This document shows, piece after piece, positions 1 through 9,208 of a stretch of 64,000 bases of DNA. Position numbers and translations under genes: made by a program. The notes beneath the pieces are model-generated. The model saw only the letters and a program-made list of their open reading frames with translations, did no database searches and was not told the origin of the DNA. This DNA is from Planctomycetota bacterium (GTDB lineage: Bacteria > Planctomycetota > MHYJ01 > JACPRB01), in contig DATLZA010000078.1 in NCBI GenBank assembly GCA_035574235.1, forward strand, positions 214 to 64,213, in the 5' to 3' direction. Positions within the stretch are counted from its first letter, which is position 1; the number at the start of each line of letters is the position of its first letter.

Positions 1-72
1 GTTCCTTGAGCCGCACGGTCTCTTCCGGCGAGAGTTCGCGGCGCAGGTATTTTTCGAACAGTTCTTCGCTCA
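1..72 (-). CDS. anti-sigma factor, N-terminal fragment (gene runs off the window start)
   Basis: Minus-strand ATG at 72..70 reads MSEELFEKYLRRELSPEETVRLKE. Its start overlaps the stop codon (70-72) of the upstream ECF sigma gene, the usual sigma/anti-sigma coupling. Only 24 codons are visible. Confidence 0.45.
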
Positions 73-612
73 TGGTCCGCCTTCCAGAAGCGGGAGTTGC
101 CGGGTCATGCATTCCTGAAGCTGCTTGCGCACGCGCGACAGGGAGAGCCGGATCGCGTTGACGCTGCGCTTCTGGCGCTCGGCGATCGCCTCGCAGGATT
201 CCGAACGCCCGTAGAATCCCGCCAGGATCTCGACCGCCCGGGCGTTGAGAAACGACATGCACCGCTCCAGCGCGCGATGCATCAGCGACTGGCGCTCGGC
301 GGCCTCCTCGTCGAAGTGTCCGTCGAGGGTCTCGGTCACCTGGATCAGGAGGGCTTCGTCGAGAGGCGACGCCTGGCGCATCCGGGCGCGACGCGCTTCC
401 TGAGCCTTGTGGCGCACGATTTCCCGGACCCAGCAGAAGAGGCTGGTGCCGGGCCGAAAGTCGGACCAGCGGTTCATGACCACGATGAACGCGTCCTGGA
501 CCACGTCCTCCGCCTGGGACCAGTCGCGAAGCAGCGCGAAGGCGTACCCCATCAGGGCGTCCCGATAGCGGAAGGCGGCCTTGACGACCTCGTCACGACC
601 CAGGGTCTCCAT
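70..612 (-). CDS. RNA polymerase sigma-70 factor, ECF subfamily
   Basis: C-terminal 180 aa of the 70..1911 ORF, starting at METLGRDE (ATG at 612..610). Region-2-like VQDAFIVVMNRWSDF and region-4 HTH SVNAIRLSLSRVRKQL are present. The upstream 430 aa of that ORF are Arg/Pro-rich frame shadow and not coding. Confidence 0.85.
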   Translation of the reverse strand: METLGRDEVVKAAFRYRDALMGYAFALLRDWSQAEDVVQDAFIVVMNRWSDFRPGTSLFCWVREIVRHKAQEARRARMRQASPLDEALLIQVTETLDGHFDEEAAERQSLMHRALERCMSFLNARAVEILAGFYGRSESCEAIAERQKRSVNAIRLSLSRVRKQLQECMTRQLPLLEGGP

Positions 613-683
613 AGACCATCCCCACCGCCGGAAGTATATGACCGGAACGAAGCCGACATGTCGGGGGAATCGACGCCGCCCGG

Positions 684-1514
684 CTACGGTCGGACGAATC
701 GGTAGAGCCGGATCTTCTCCTGAAAGGCGACCTCCCTCTCCCATTCCGGCGCGAACTCCGTGCGGAGGCGTTCGAGAAGCGCCGGGGACGCGCGGGTGCC
801 GAAGTACGGGGCGTACGCGCGGGCGGCGATCCGGGTGTACATGTCCCCCACGGTCAGGCGCTGGGGCCAGACGACCTCGCGCGTCTCCGCGGGCCGGAGG
901 AAGCGGGCCAGAAGTTCGCGGAACGGCCCGATCCAGGTGCTCTTGAGGGGCGGGTCGAAGGGTTCGGCCAGAAGCTCGAAATACCGGCGGATGAGGCGGG
1001 ACACGGGATCCTGGCCCGTCCCGCCCCGCTCGTTGGAGAGATAAAGAATGCCGCCGGGGCCGGCGAACTCGGTGACGAAGAGCGATCCGCCCTCGGCCAC
1101 GCATCCCGCCAGGGGCGCGGCCACCGCGCGCCACTCCGCGATCCGGTGGATGACGAAAAAGAGGGTCACCAGGTCGAAGGTCCCCTGTCCCTCGAGATCG
1201 CGGCGGACGTCGAGGACCCGGACCTCCACATTCCGCAGCCCTTCGCGGGCGGCGCGCTCCCGGAGGCGGTCGAGGCAGGCCGGGACGATGTCTCCCGCCA
1301 CGATTCGGTCGGCCGGATCCGCGCGCCGGGCGAAGGGGAGAACGTCGTTGACGCCGGTGGCGGTCCCCAGGAAGAGGCACCGTCGCGGAGGCGGACGCCT
1401 CACCGCGGCATGCAGGCACGCCGCCGCCGCGGAGGCCGTCTCCTCGGGCCACGCCTGATAGGCCTCGTAGGCGCCAGCCGGATCCGCGGCCGGCGCCGTC
1501 GCCTCCCGCCTCAT
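684..1514 (-). CDS. class I SAM-dependent methyltransferase
   Basis: 276-aa ORF with a Gly-rich motif I (CLFLGTATGVNDV) and an acidic motif II (IVAGDIVPAC, VRVLDV) typical of the Rossmann-fold MTase family. Confidence 0.7.
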   Translation of the reverse strand: MRREATAPAADPAGAYEAYQAWPEETASAAAACLHAAVRRPPPRRCLFLGTATGVNDVLPFARRADPADRIVAGDIVPACLDRLRERAAREGLRNVEVRVLDVRRDLEGQGTFDLVTLFFVIHRIAEWRAVAAPLAGCVAEGGSLFVTEFAGPGGILYLSNERGGTGQDPVSRLIRRYFELLAEPFDPPLKSTWIGPFRELLARFLRPAETREVVWPQRLTVGDMYTRIAARAYAPYFGTRASPALLERLRTEFAPEWEREVAFQEKIRLYRFVRP

Positions 1515-1545
1515 TTCGGGCTTGATCGTACGCCCGCGGGGGGTT

Positions 1546-1560
1546 ATTCTGTATTCGAAT
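1546..1560. promoter_or_regulatory. putative LysR-type T-N11-A box (ATTC-N7-GAAT) in the 53-bp divergent intergenic region
   Basis: Sequence attctgtattcgaat is a perfect 4-bp inverted repeat spaced by 7 nt. It lies between the divergent methyltransferase start (1514) and LysR start (1568). Seen in sequence; function is inferred. Confidence 0.3.
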
Positions 1561-1567
1561 TATACCT

Positions 1568-2491
1568 ATGAGCACAATAAAGATCCTCGATAGAGATCTG
1601 CCGCTGCGCCTCGAATGGCTGCGGTCCTTCCTCGTCGTGGCCGAGACGGGGGGATTCAGCCGGGCGGCCCGGGAGCTGCATCTCTCCCAGCCGGCCGTCT
1701 GGACGCACGTGCGGGAGCTCGAGGAGAACCTCGGAACCAGGCTTCTGGAGCCCGTGGGGGGACGCGCCCGCCTCACGCGCGCCGGCGAGACCGCCGCCCG
1801 GGAGGCCCGGCGGCTCCTCGAAGGAGTGCGCGCCTTCCGGGAGGCGGTGGCCGAGGCCGAGACGACCGTGCAGGGCGTCCTGGCGCTCGGCGCCAGCACC
1901 ACGCCGGGCAACTACCTGCTTCCCCCCGTCATGCAGGAGTTCGAACGCCGGTACCCCAAGGCGCGTGCGACCCTTTCGATCGGAAACAGCGCCAAGATCT
2001 TCGACCGCCTGCGCTCGAACGAGGTGGACCTGGGCGTCGTGGGCATCGAGCCCGAGGGGACCGAGTTCGCGGTCGTTCCCCTGTGCGAGGACGAACTCGT
2101 GCTTTTCGCCTCCCGGCGCCATCCGCTGGCCCGGCGGCGGGAGGTCTCCGCGGAGGATTGGACGCGCGAGCGCCTCGTGGTGCGGGAGCCGGATTCGGCC
2201 ACCCGGAGGCTCACGGACCGGCTGCTCGCCCGCCGGGAGGCGAGGCCGCCGCTCATGGAGCTGGGATGTCCGGAAACGGTCAAGCGCGCCGTCGCGGCGG
2301 GGCTCGGAATCGGAGTCCTCTCGCGATTCGCCATCGCCGGCGAGGTGCGTCACGGGGAACTCGTGGAACTTCGGGCCCCGGGCTTCCCCATCCGGCGCAA
2401 GATCTACGCGGCCTACCCGCGCCGCAAGCACCTCACGCGCCTGATGACGAGTTTCCTCGAGCTTCTGGAGAAAGCGGCCTCGCGCCGATAA
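1568..2491 (+). CDS. LysR family transcriptional regulator
   Basis: N-terminal HTH (LEWLRSFLVVAETGGFSRAARELHLSQPAVWTHVRELEENLGTRLL) and a LysR substrate-binding region. Divergent from the methyltransferase. Confidence 0.9.
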   Translation: MSTIKILDRDLPLRLEWLRSFLVVAETGGFSRAARELHLSQPAVWTHVRELEENLGTRLLEPVGGRARLTRAGETAAREARRLLEGVRAFREAVAEAETTVQGVLALGASTTPGNYLLPPVMQEFERRYPKARATLSIGNSAKIFDRLRSNEVDLGVVGIEPEGTEFAVVPLCEDELVLFASRRHPLARRREVSAEDWTRERLVVREPDSATRRLTDRLLARREARPPLMELGCPETVKRAVAAGLGIGVLSRFAIAGEVRHGELVELRAPGFPIRRKIYAAYPRRKHLTRLMTSFLELLEKAASRR

Positions 2492-2509
2492 GCTCCGCGG
2501 CCGAAACCG

Positions 2510-5074
2510 TCAGCGCAACTCCACTTCATACCACAGGGTTTTCCAGCGCGGACCCAGCTCGATCCAGGCGCGCCCTTCCGGCGCCCCCGTCACGGGAAGC
2601 TCCGCCTTCCGCGCCCCCCGGCCGTCCAGCGCCCACGCCCGCGCCCGCTCCGGCGGACGGGGAATCCGAAGGCGCGCCGGAATGCCCTCCACCCGCGTGG
2701 GAGCCCCGCCCCAGTTCCGTCCCACGCTGGAGCGCGCCGCGTCCTTCCACGCCATGCCCGTGTTTTCGATCCACCCCGTCGCCGTCACGAGCCACCGCGA
2801 CGTCGAAACTTCCGTGGCCGTGAGCGCGCACCAGCCGTCCTGCAGCGTCGCTCCCACCTCCACCGTCCAGTCGCCCAGTTCCCAGGCGCGACCTCCGGCG
2901 AAGCCGACGACCGCCCGGCTCCGCGGGGCGGCCACGGTCACCACCCCGCGATCCGGCCGGCGCGCGTCCCAGACCACCTCGCCCGTGTCGGAGACGAACC
3001 GCGCCTCGGCCGGCGGCGTCCAGGCGCGCGCCCCCGCCGGCGGATCCCCCGGCCTGAGCGCCAGCCCCACCCGGTGAACGAGCGCCGCCTCGGGCGCCAG
3101 CCCCGCGTGATGCCCCGCGGCCACGTCCCAGGCGTGCGACCGCTCCAGGACCTCAAGCTCCCGATCCGTCCCGAAGGGCACGGCCACGCATCCCTCGGCG
3201 GGACGGACGTCCCCGCGGCGGAACATCGCCGCCGCGGGAAGAAGCGTCGCCATTTTCCCCGCGTGCCCCGCGATGTCGAAAAACCCCGAGATCCGCCCCT
3301 CGTCCCACGCGTCGTTGCGGTGCGAATACGAGTAGACGTAAATCGCATCCCAGTCCTGAAGCGCCGCATACGCCGCCAGAAGGAGAAACCCTTCCGTGCC
3401 GTAGGTATTCGGCGCCGCGTGGTTGTACTCCGTCACACTGAAGGGCTTCCCCAGGACGCGGCGCGACGCCAGGCCCGGAAGCGTGCCGCCGCGCGCGTTC
3501 ACCATGCTTTCGTTCTCCACGATCCACCGGTCGGGATCCCACGGCCGTCCCGGGAACTCCGGGTGCTTCCAGTAGGCGTGGGCGTCCACGACGTCGAGCT
3601 CCGCCATGAGTCCCGGCGTGCTGCATCCGACGATCGTGCCGATGAGAAGCGCCCGGACGCCCAGATCCTCGCGGAGGAACCGAGCCATCGCCCGCCAATA
3701 GCGCGCCTCCGTCTCCCGCAGAAACCGGATCCAGTCCCGCACCGCCTCCCTCGGACGCCCCGCCGGCGGATGCTCCAGGAAGGGCCGGACCGTTCCCTCC
3801 TCCGGACGTTCCCCGGGCTCCAGGCCGACACGCCCGCCGGGACGCAGCGACACGTCCGCCAGCTCCACCATCCCGACGCGGGTTCCCAGACCCGTCACGA
3901 GAAGCCGGCCCGTCGGGCTTCCCTCGGCGGGAATCCCGCAGAATCGGAACTCCCGGGTCTCCGGACCGAGCGGGACGTCGAACTCCCACCCCAGGCCGCG
4001 CCACGGCGCGTGCGCCTGCGCCAGGGACACGCGCACCGTCCCGGCCGGCTCGGCGCGGGCCCGGAACCGGAGCGTGTAGGGACGCCCCGCTTCGATCTTG
4101 AGCCCTCCGTGCACGAGCTGGACGTGCCACCCCTGGCTCCCCGGACGCGTCACCCGGACGCGCATCCCGCCCGCGCCGAGAGGCGACGCTTCCGCCTCGG
4201 CCTTCTCGTGGCGCTCCAGCGACCACGCGCCGCCGAGCATCTCGTCGCCGAACGGCTCCTCGCGGACCCCCCACGCGCGGGCCATCGTCTCGAACGACCC
4301 GTGCCGCTCCCGGAGCCACGCGTTCCACTGCCGCCGGAGGTCCTCCTGAAGGAACGCCGGAAGGCCCGCCAGCGTCCCTTCCTTCCAGGCGTGCAGAAGC
4401 CCGTTCTCGTTATGAATCTCGACGAAGGCCACCGCCGGATCCTCGGCGTAGGTGAAGCCCCGGTGGGGATTGCGCCGCGCCAGGAGATCGCGCGCGTAGG
4501 CCTTCTGGAGCTCCAGAAGCGGCGCGTGAAAAAATCCCGCCGCGTGGCGGGCCTTCGGGGGGACCGATTCGATCTCGCGAGGAAGCCCGTCGGAAGCTCC
4601 GAACGGGCGTCCCACGAGGAGATTGAGATTGGAGTAGATGCCGCGGCGCGCCAGGCAGGCCACGAAGAAATCCAGGCGTTCCAGAGCCTCCGGCGCCAGA
4701 GCGCGCGGGGCGCCCGGTCCCGGCGCCCAGAGGCCCTGCGGCCAGCGGGAGGTATCCAGGTGGTGGAAGCGCACGACGTTGACGCCGAACCGCGCCAGCC
4801 GCGCCGCGACGCGGTCGGCGTCCTCGCGCGCGGGGAAGTTTCCGGCGAACGAGAGATTGACTCCAAGGAACCGCGTCCTGCGGCCGCCGGCCTGGAGGTG
4901 TCCGTCCGGCCCCGCCTCGACGCGCGCCAGGGGCGCCCCCGTCGCGGTCAGATCCGTAACCTCCGAGGCCCCCTCTCCCTCCGAAAGAACGAAGGGGAAA
5001 AGCCGCTCCTCGCGCGACGGATTCTCCTGCGGAAGCGCCGCGGGAACCGAAACCAGGAGCAGGAGCAATCGCAT
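2510..5074 (-). CDS. secreted glycoside hydrolase, clan GH-A (GH5-like (beta/alpha)8 catalytic core) with a large C-terminal beta-sandwich region
   Basis: Signal peptide MRLLLLLVSVPAALP. Candidate acid/base IHNENG and nucleophile TEYNH motifs sit in a TIM-barrel-like N-half. The exact family cannot be assigned without a search. Confidence 0.55.
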   Translation of the reverse strand: MRLLLLLVSVPAALPQENPSREERLFPFVLSEGEGASEVTDLTATGAPLARVEAGPDGHLQAGGRRTRFLGVNLSFAGNFPAREDADRVAARLARFGVNVVRFHHLDTSRWPQGLWAPGPGAPRALAPEALERLDFFVACLARRGIYSNLNLLVGRPFGASDGLPREIESVPPKARHAAGFFHAPLLELQKAYARDLLARRNPHRGFTYAEDPAVAFVEIHNENGLLHAWKEGTLAGLPAFLQEDLRRQWNAWLRERHGSFETMARAWGVREEPFGDEMLGGAWSLERHEKAEAEASPLGAGGMRVRVTRPGSQGWHVQLVHGGLKIEAGRPYTLRFRARAEPAGTVRVSLAQAHAPWRGLGWEFDVPLGPETREFRFCGIPAEGSPTGRLLVTGLGTRVGMVELADVSLRPGGRVGLEPGERPEEGTVRPFLEHPPAGRPREAVRDWIRFLRETEARYWRAMARFLREDLGVRALLIGTIVGCSTPGLMAELDVVDAHAYWKHPEFPGRPWDPDRWIVENESMVNARGGTLPGLASRRVLGKPFSVTEYNHAAPNTYGTEGFLLLAAYAALQDWDAIYVYSYSHRNDAWDEGRISGFFDIAGHAGKMATLLPAAAMFRRGDVRPAEGCVAVPFGTDRELEVLERSHAWDVAAGHHAGLAPEAALVHRVGLALRPGDPPAGARAWTPPAEARFVSDTGEVVWDARRPDRGVVTVAAPRSRAVVGFAGGRAWELGDWTVEVGATLQDGWCALTATEVSTSRWLVTATGWIENTGMAWKDAARSSVGRNWGGAPTRVEGIPARLRIPRPPERARAWALDGRGARKAELPVTGAPEGRAWIELGPRWKTLWYEVELR

Positions 5075-5126
5075 CGGCCGCCATCATACCGGGCAGGGGC
5101 GGTCGGACGCACGTTTTCCGGCCGGG

Positions 5127-8085
5127 TCAGGCGGCCGGAAGCTCGATCCAGAAGCGGCTTCCTTTCCCCGGCTCGCTCTCCACCCCGACACGGCCGCCCA
5201 TCCGGTCGGCCGCTTTCTGGACGATCGCCAGGCCGACCCCCGTGCCGGGGTATTCCTGCGCCGTGTGCAGGCGCTCGAAGAGGCGAAAGAGCCGATCCCA
5301 ATACTCGCGCGCGATGCCGATCCCGTTGTCCTCGACCCACAAGCGCACCCGCCCGTCCCGGCGCTCGGCGCGGACGCGGACCCGGGGCGGCACGCCGGGA
5401 GCGACGAACTTGATGGCGTTGGAGAGATAATTCTGAAGCGCCTGGCCGAGCAGAAGCCGGTCGCCCCGAACCGGCGGGAAGGGCTCCTCGAGCGCGACCT
5501 GAGCGCCGCAGGCGGCGATTTCCTCCTGCATGCCCGCCAGGATCTCGCGCAAAAGGGACGTCGGATCGATCGTGCGGACCTCGAGGTGCGTGCGCCCGAC
5601 CCGGGCCAGGACGAGGAGGTCTCGCGTCAGGGCGTCCATGTGGCGGGCGGCCGCCGCGATGCGCCGGAGGCTGGCGCGTCCGTCCTCGTCCAGGCGCTCG
5701 GCCTTTTCGGCCAGCAGGATGTCCGCATAGCTTCCGATGGCGCGGATGGGCGCGCGGAGGTCGTGGGAGACGCTGTACGTGAAGGCCTCCATCTGAAGGA
5801 GCGCCTCCTCGAGTTCGGCCGTGCGGCGGGCCACGCGCTCCTCCAGGGTCGAGGTCAGCTCGCGCACTTCCCGATAGAGGCGGGCGTTGTCGATCGCGTA
5901 GGCGGCCAGGCGCCCCAGCTCCTGCATGAGTTCGAGCTCGGCCTGGCCGAGGCGGCGGCCCGATTCCGCCGTGGCCACCGAAAGGGCCCCGATCGTGCGG
6001 CCCCGCGCCCGCAGCGGAACGCACAGGGAGGAAACCAGGGCCAGGGACTCGATCCGGCGCCGGTGCTCCTCGCTCCGGACGGCGTCGCGGACGATCTCCG
6101 GGGTAAGCTCCGGGATGAGTTCGGGCTCCCCTGTGCGCAGGACCTTCGGATAGCCGTGGGGCAGGTCGGGATCGAGGGGATAGAGCGCCAGCATCTCTTC
6201 GACGAGCCGAACGCGGGCCGGATCGCGGTGATAGAGCCCCATGTGACGGACCGTCCCGTTTTCCTGGAGCAGATGGACGGCGCACCAGTCTCCGAAACGG
6301 GGCACGACCAGGCGCGAAACGGTCGCCAGCGTGGTCTCGACCTCGAGCGAAGAGGCCAGGGTCGCGCTCGCCTCCGTCAGGAACGCCTGCCGATCCCGCG
6401 CGCGCCGCTGATCGTCGATGTCGGTGGCGACTCCCAGCCATCGGGAGACCCGGCCTTCGCCGTCGCGCAGCGGAACGCTTCGGGCCAGGAACCAGCGATA
6501 GGCGCCGTCCGCCCGGCGCAGGCGGAATTCCGCCTCGAACGGTTCGCCGGCGGCCACGGAGCGCCTCCAGCGCTCCCGCACGGCGTCGCGGTCGTCCGGA
6601 TGAAGGATCCCGATCCATCCCTCGCCCGACGCGGCTTCCGGAGCCATGCCGGTGTGGGCGAGAAAGCGTCCGTTGACGTATTCCCAGAGGCCGTCCGGCC
6701 GCGCCATGAAGAGGATTTCGGGGACCTCCTCGGAGAGGACGCGGAAGCGCTCCTGGCTTTCGCGAAGGCGCTCCTCGGCATCGCGGCGCTCGAGGAAGCG
6801 TCCGATCGCGCGGCCCAGGTCCGCCGTCATCTCGAGCATTTCGGGATCCGGCGGTTCCGGCCGGCGGCTGAAGACTTCGATCACGCCCCGAAGGCGGCCG
6901 GGCTCCCCCACAGGGAATCCGAAGCCGCCGGCCAGGCCGGCGCGCGCGGCGAACGAGGCGCGACGAAAGGCCGGGTCTTCGCGGATGCGTTCGAACCAGT
7001 GCGGGGCTTCCTGCTCCCAGATGCGGCCGGGCAGGACTTCTCCGCGGCGAAACTCCCTCCGGCGGCTGTCCTCCAGGAATTCGGCGAACGCTCCGGCCGG
7101 TTCCGGCCAGGCGTCGCCCAGGCGCAGAACGCCCGCCTCGGGATCCACGCGCCAGTAGAGGGCCACCGGCCAGCCCAGTTCCCGGCAAAGCGCCTGGAGG
7201 ATCGCGCGAACCGCTTCCTCCGGCCGCGGCGAGGCCGCCAGGATCCGGGACACGACGCGGTCGAGGTCGGCGCGCGTGGCGCGGCGCTTCCGGTCCGTGA
7301 TGTCCCGGACAAAAGCGCTGAAGGACCACCGGCCGCCCACCTGAACCGGGATCACCGCGAGCTCCACCGTGAACTCCTCCCCGGAGCGCCGGAGCGCCTC
7401 GATCTCGATGCGGCGGCGGAGAATCGGCCCCTGGCCCGTCGCCAGAAAGCGCGCCAGCCCCGTTCGGTGGACCTCCCGATATCGCTCGGGAACGATCAGG
7501 TCGGCCATCGGCCGCCCCAGGGCTTCCTCCCGCGACCAGCCGAAGATCCGCTCGGCCTGCGGGTTCCAGCCCGTGACGCGGCCCTCTTCGTCCATGGTCA
7601 CCACGGCGTCGAGGGCCGAGTCGAGGATGAGCCGGAGGGCCTCCGCGCGTTCACGGAGCTCCGCTTGGGCACGCTCGAAATCCCGCCGGAGGTCCGCCTC
7701 CCGGACGGCGCGGCGGACGGACGCCCCGAGGGCCGTGAGGTTATCCTTGAGGATGTAGTCCGTCGCGCCCGCCCTGAGGGCCTCGACGGCCCGTTGCTCG
7801 CCCACGTGTCCCGAGACGAAGATGAAGGGAATGCCGGGGCGGCGCTCCCGGGCCAGGGTCAGCGCTTCGAGGCCGGTCAGGGAGGGAACGGAATGATCCG
7901 AGAGAATGAGGTCCGGCGGCTCCTCCTCCGCGAGCGCCCGCAGGAATTCCTCGCGTCCCTCCACCCGGCGGAAGACGAAGCGGATTCCGGAGGCGCGAAG
8001 GGCGCGCTCGACGAGGAGGGCGTCTTCGAGATCGTCCTCGAGGCTGAGGATCCGCAGAGGGGCCCGCGCGTCCCGCATCATCCTG
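5127..8085 (-). CDS. hybrid sensor histidine kinase (N-terminal REC, PAS/GAF repeats, HisKA, HATPase_c)
   Basis: Start taken at ATGATG 8085 (MMRDARAPLRILSLEDD). The longer track ORF (to 8270) would run through the tRNA-Cys gene. Receiver motifs DLILSDHSVP...SGH and the H-box SHDLRAPIRAI are present. The G-boxes DNGIGI...GTGVGLAIV are also present. Confidence 0.85.
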
Positions 8086-8128
8086 GATGCATTCTTGCAC
8101 AGCGGACGGCGGGAAACAACGGGCGTTT

Positions 8129-8205
8129 TGGAGGTGGCGGCCGGATTTGAACCGGCGAATAGCAGTTTTGCAAACTGCCCCCTTAGGCCACTTGGGTACG
8201 CCACC
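8129..8205 (-). tRNA. tRNA-Cys (anticodon GCA), 77 nt including an encoded CCA
   Basis: Reverse complement folds as a cloverleaf by hand: acceptor GGTGGCG/CGCCACC (7 bp), anticodon stem GCAGT/ACTGC with loop TTGCAAA (anticodon GCA), T-arm GCCGG-TTCAAAT-CCGGC, discriminator U then CCA. Confidence 0.85.
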
Positions 8206-8581
8206 CGGTCGGGACGCGCCGCGCAAAGGGGCCCCCGCGTCGGGGAGTCTAAAGAGTCGCCCCTGGACAATCAAGTCTTTCGCGCCCCCGGGAAGCCTCG
8301 GCGCGTTCTCCTGGGTCTTCCGGCCTCGTCCGTATGGCGAAGCCCCCCGCCGGCCGAACCCCGCGAAGCGCGCCGCTTCGGCCGTCCTGACCCTCGAGGC
8401 CGCCCGTCGGAAAGATGAGGAGGGGTTCCGCAAAATCCACGGGCCTTCCGGCTGCCGGGCTTCCCTGCCGGCGGGGGAGGTGTTCAAGACGCTGGAGGAA
8501 GCCCAGGGGGGGGATTGCGACCTTGGGACGGCAGCGCAATGCAAAGCGATTCGAAGGCCTGAAAATCGGGAGCGCCCCACT

Positions 8582-9001
8582 TTAACGCTGCGAGCCGGCG
8601 GATTGAAGACCGCACGCGCCGGAGGCGGCATTTCGTGAAGACGCAAACGGAGGCGCGTGTCCGATCTGAAAGCCGACGCGCCGTTCGGCAGCATCCCGCT
8701 TGGACAGAGTGACCCGAGTGATCATCTCGTAAGGCACAAAGACGAAATCCATATCTTCGCAGGATTTTGCATCCCTGAAGACGGCGACCGTCATCCATCG
8801 AGCCGTCAGGATCTCGATGTGGCAAAGATCGAGCTCTTGGCCGTCCCCCAGCTGGAGGAGCACCACCGCGACATCCCCCGACCGATTCCGGCAAAGGGAG
8901 GTTATACGCTCACGGAACACCGTGGCGAAGAATTCCCGGTTGAAGGGAGCGCGGTTGTCTCCGGCGTTGGCCGTTTCGACCTTCGACCGGGCTTTGGCCA
9001 T
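8582..9001 (-). CDS. hypothetical protein (139 aa) in a locally lower-GC patch next to the tRNA
   Basis: ORF MAKARSKVETANAGD...VAVVLLQLGDGQELDLCHIEILTARWMTVAVF has a protein-like beta-rich core and mixed codon usage unlike the surrounding host genes. No family recognised. Confidence 0.35.
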   Translation of the reverse strand: MAKARSKVETANAGDNRAPFNREFFATVFRERITSLCRNRSGDVAVVLLQLGDGQELDLCHIEILTARWMTVAVFRDAKSCEDMDFVFVPYEMITRVTLSKRDAAERRVGFQIGHAPPFASSRNAASGACGLQSAGSQR

Positions 9002-9208
9002 AGACCTCCTCCGAATAAGCGGCGAACGTCTCCAGAGGGGAAGACTGCAAAGGGTGGGCCAAGCGGCAATGCGGCGTCGTTCGCCGGCGAGGAAGTTTCA
9101 ACCCAGGAAATTCCGCGCCGTCGAGGAATCTTCCGCATCACGTGTCCCCTGATTCGTTGATCTTCGAGAAGAGAACGGAGGGTATGGGCCTTGCTTATTT
9201 CAGTCCGC

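Noticed and set aside
70-1911. 613-aa minus-strand ORF in the track
   Set aside because: Only the last 180 aa (ECF sigma factor) look like protein. The upstream 430 aa are Arg/Pro/Gly-rich frame shadow lying antisense to or overlapping the real methyltransferase and LysR genes. Such stop-free alternative frames are expected at about 70% GC.
3074-8270. Several 700-1170-aa plus- and minus-strand ORFs (3074..5413, 4638..8150, 4948..7329) overlapping the glycosidase and histidine-kinase genes
   Set aside because: They have low-complexity R/P/G/A composition and lie antisense or out of frame to genes with clear catalytic motifs. The longest HK frame (to 8270) would read through the tRNA-Cys gene, so the HK start was moved to 8085.
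8206-8580. Possible structured ncRNA (tmRNA/RNase P/SRP) in the GC-rich stretch flanking the tRNA
   Set aside because: No conserved cores recognised: no RNase P P4 GGAAAGTCCGG/AGGGTGAAA, no tmRNA tag-reading frame with tRNA-like ends, no SRP domain IV motif. Left as unassigned.
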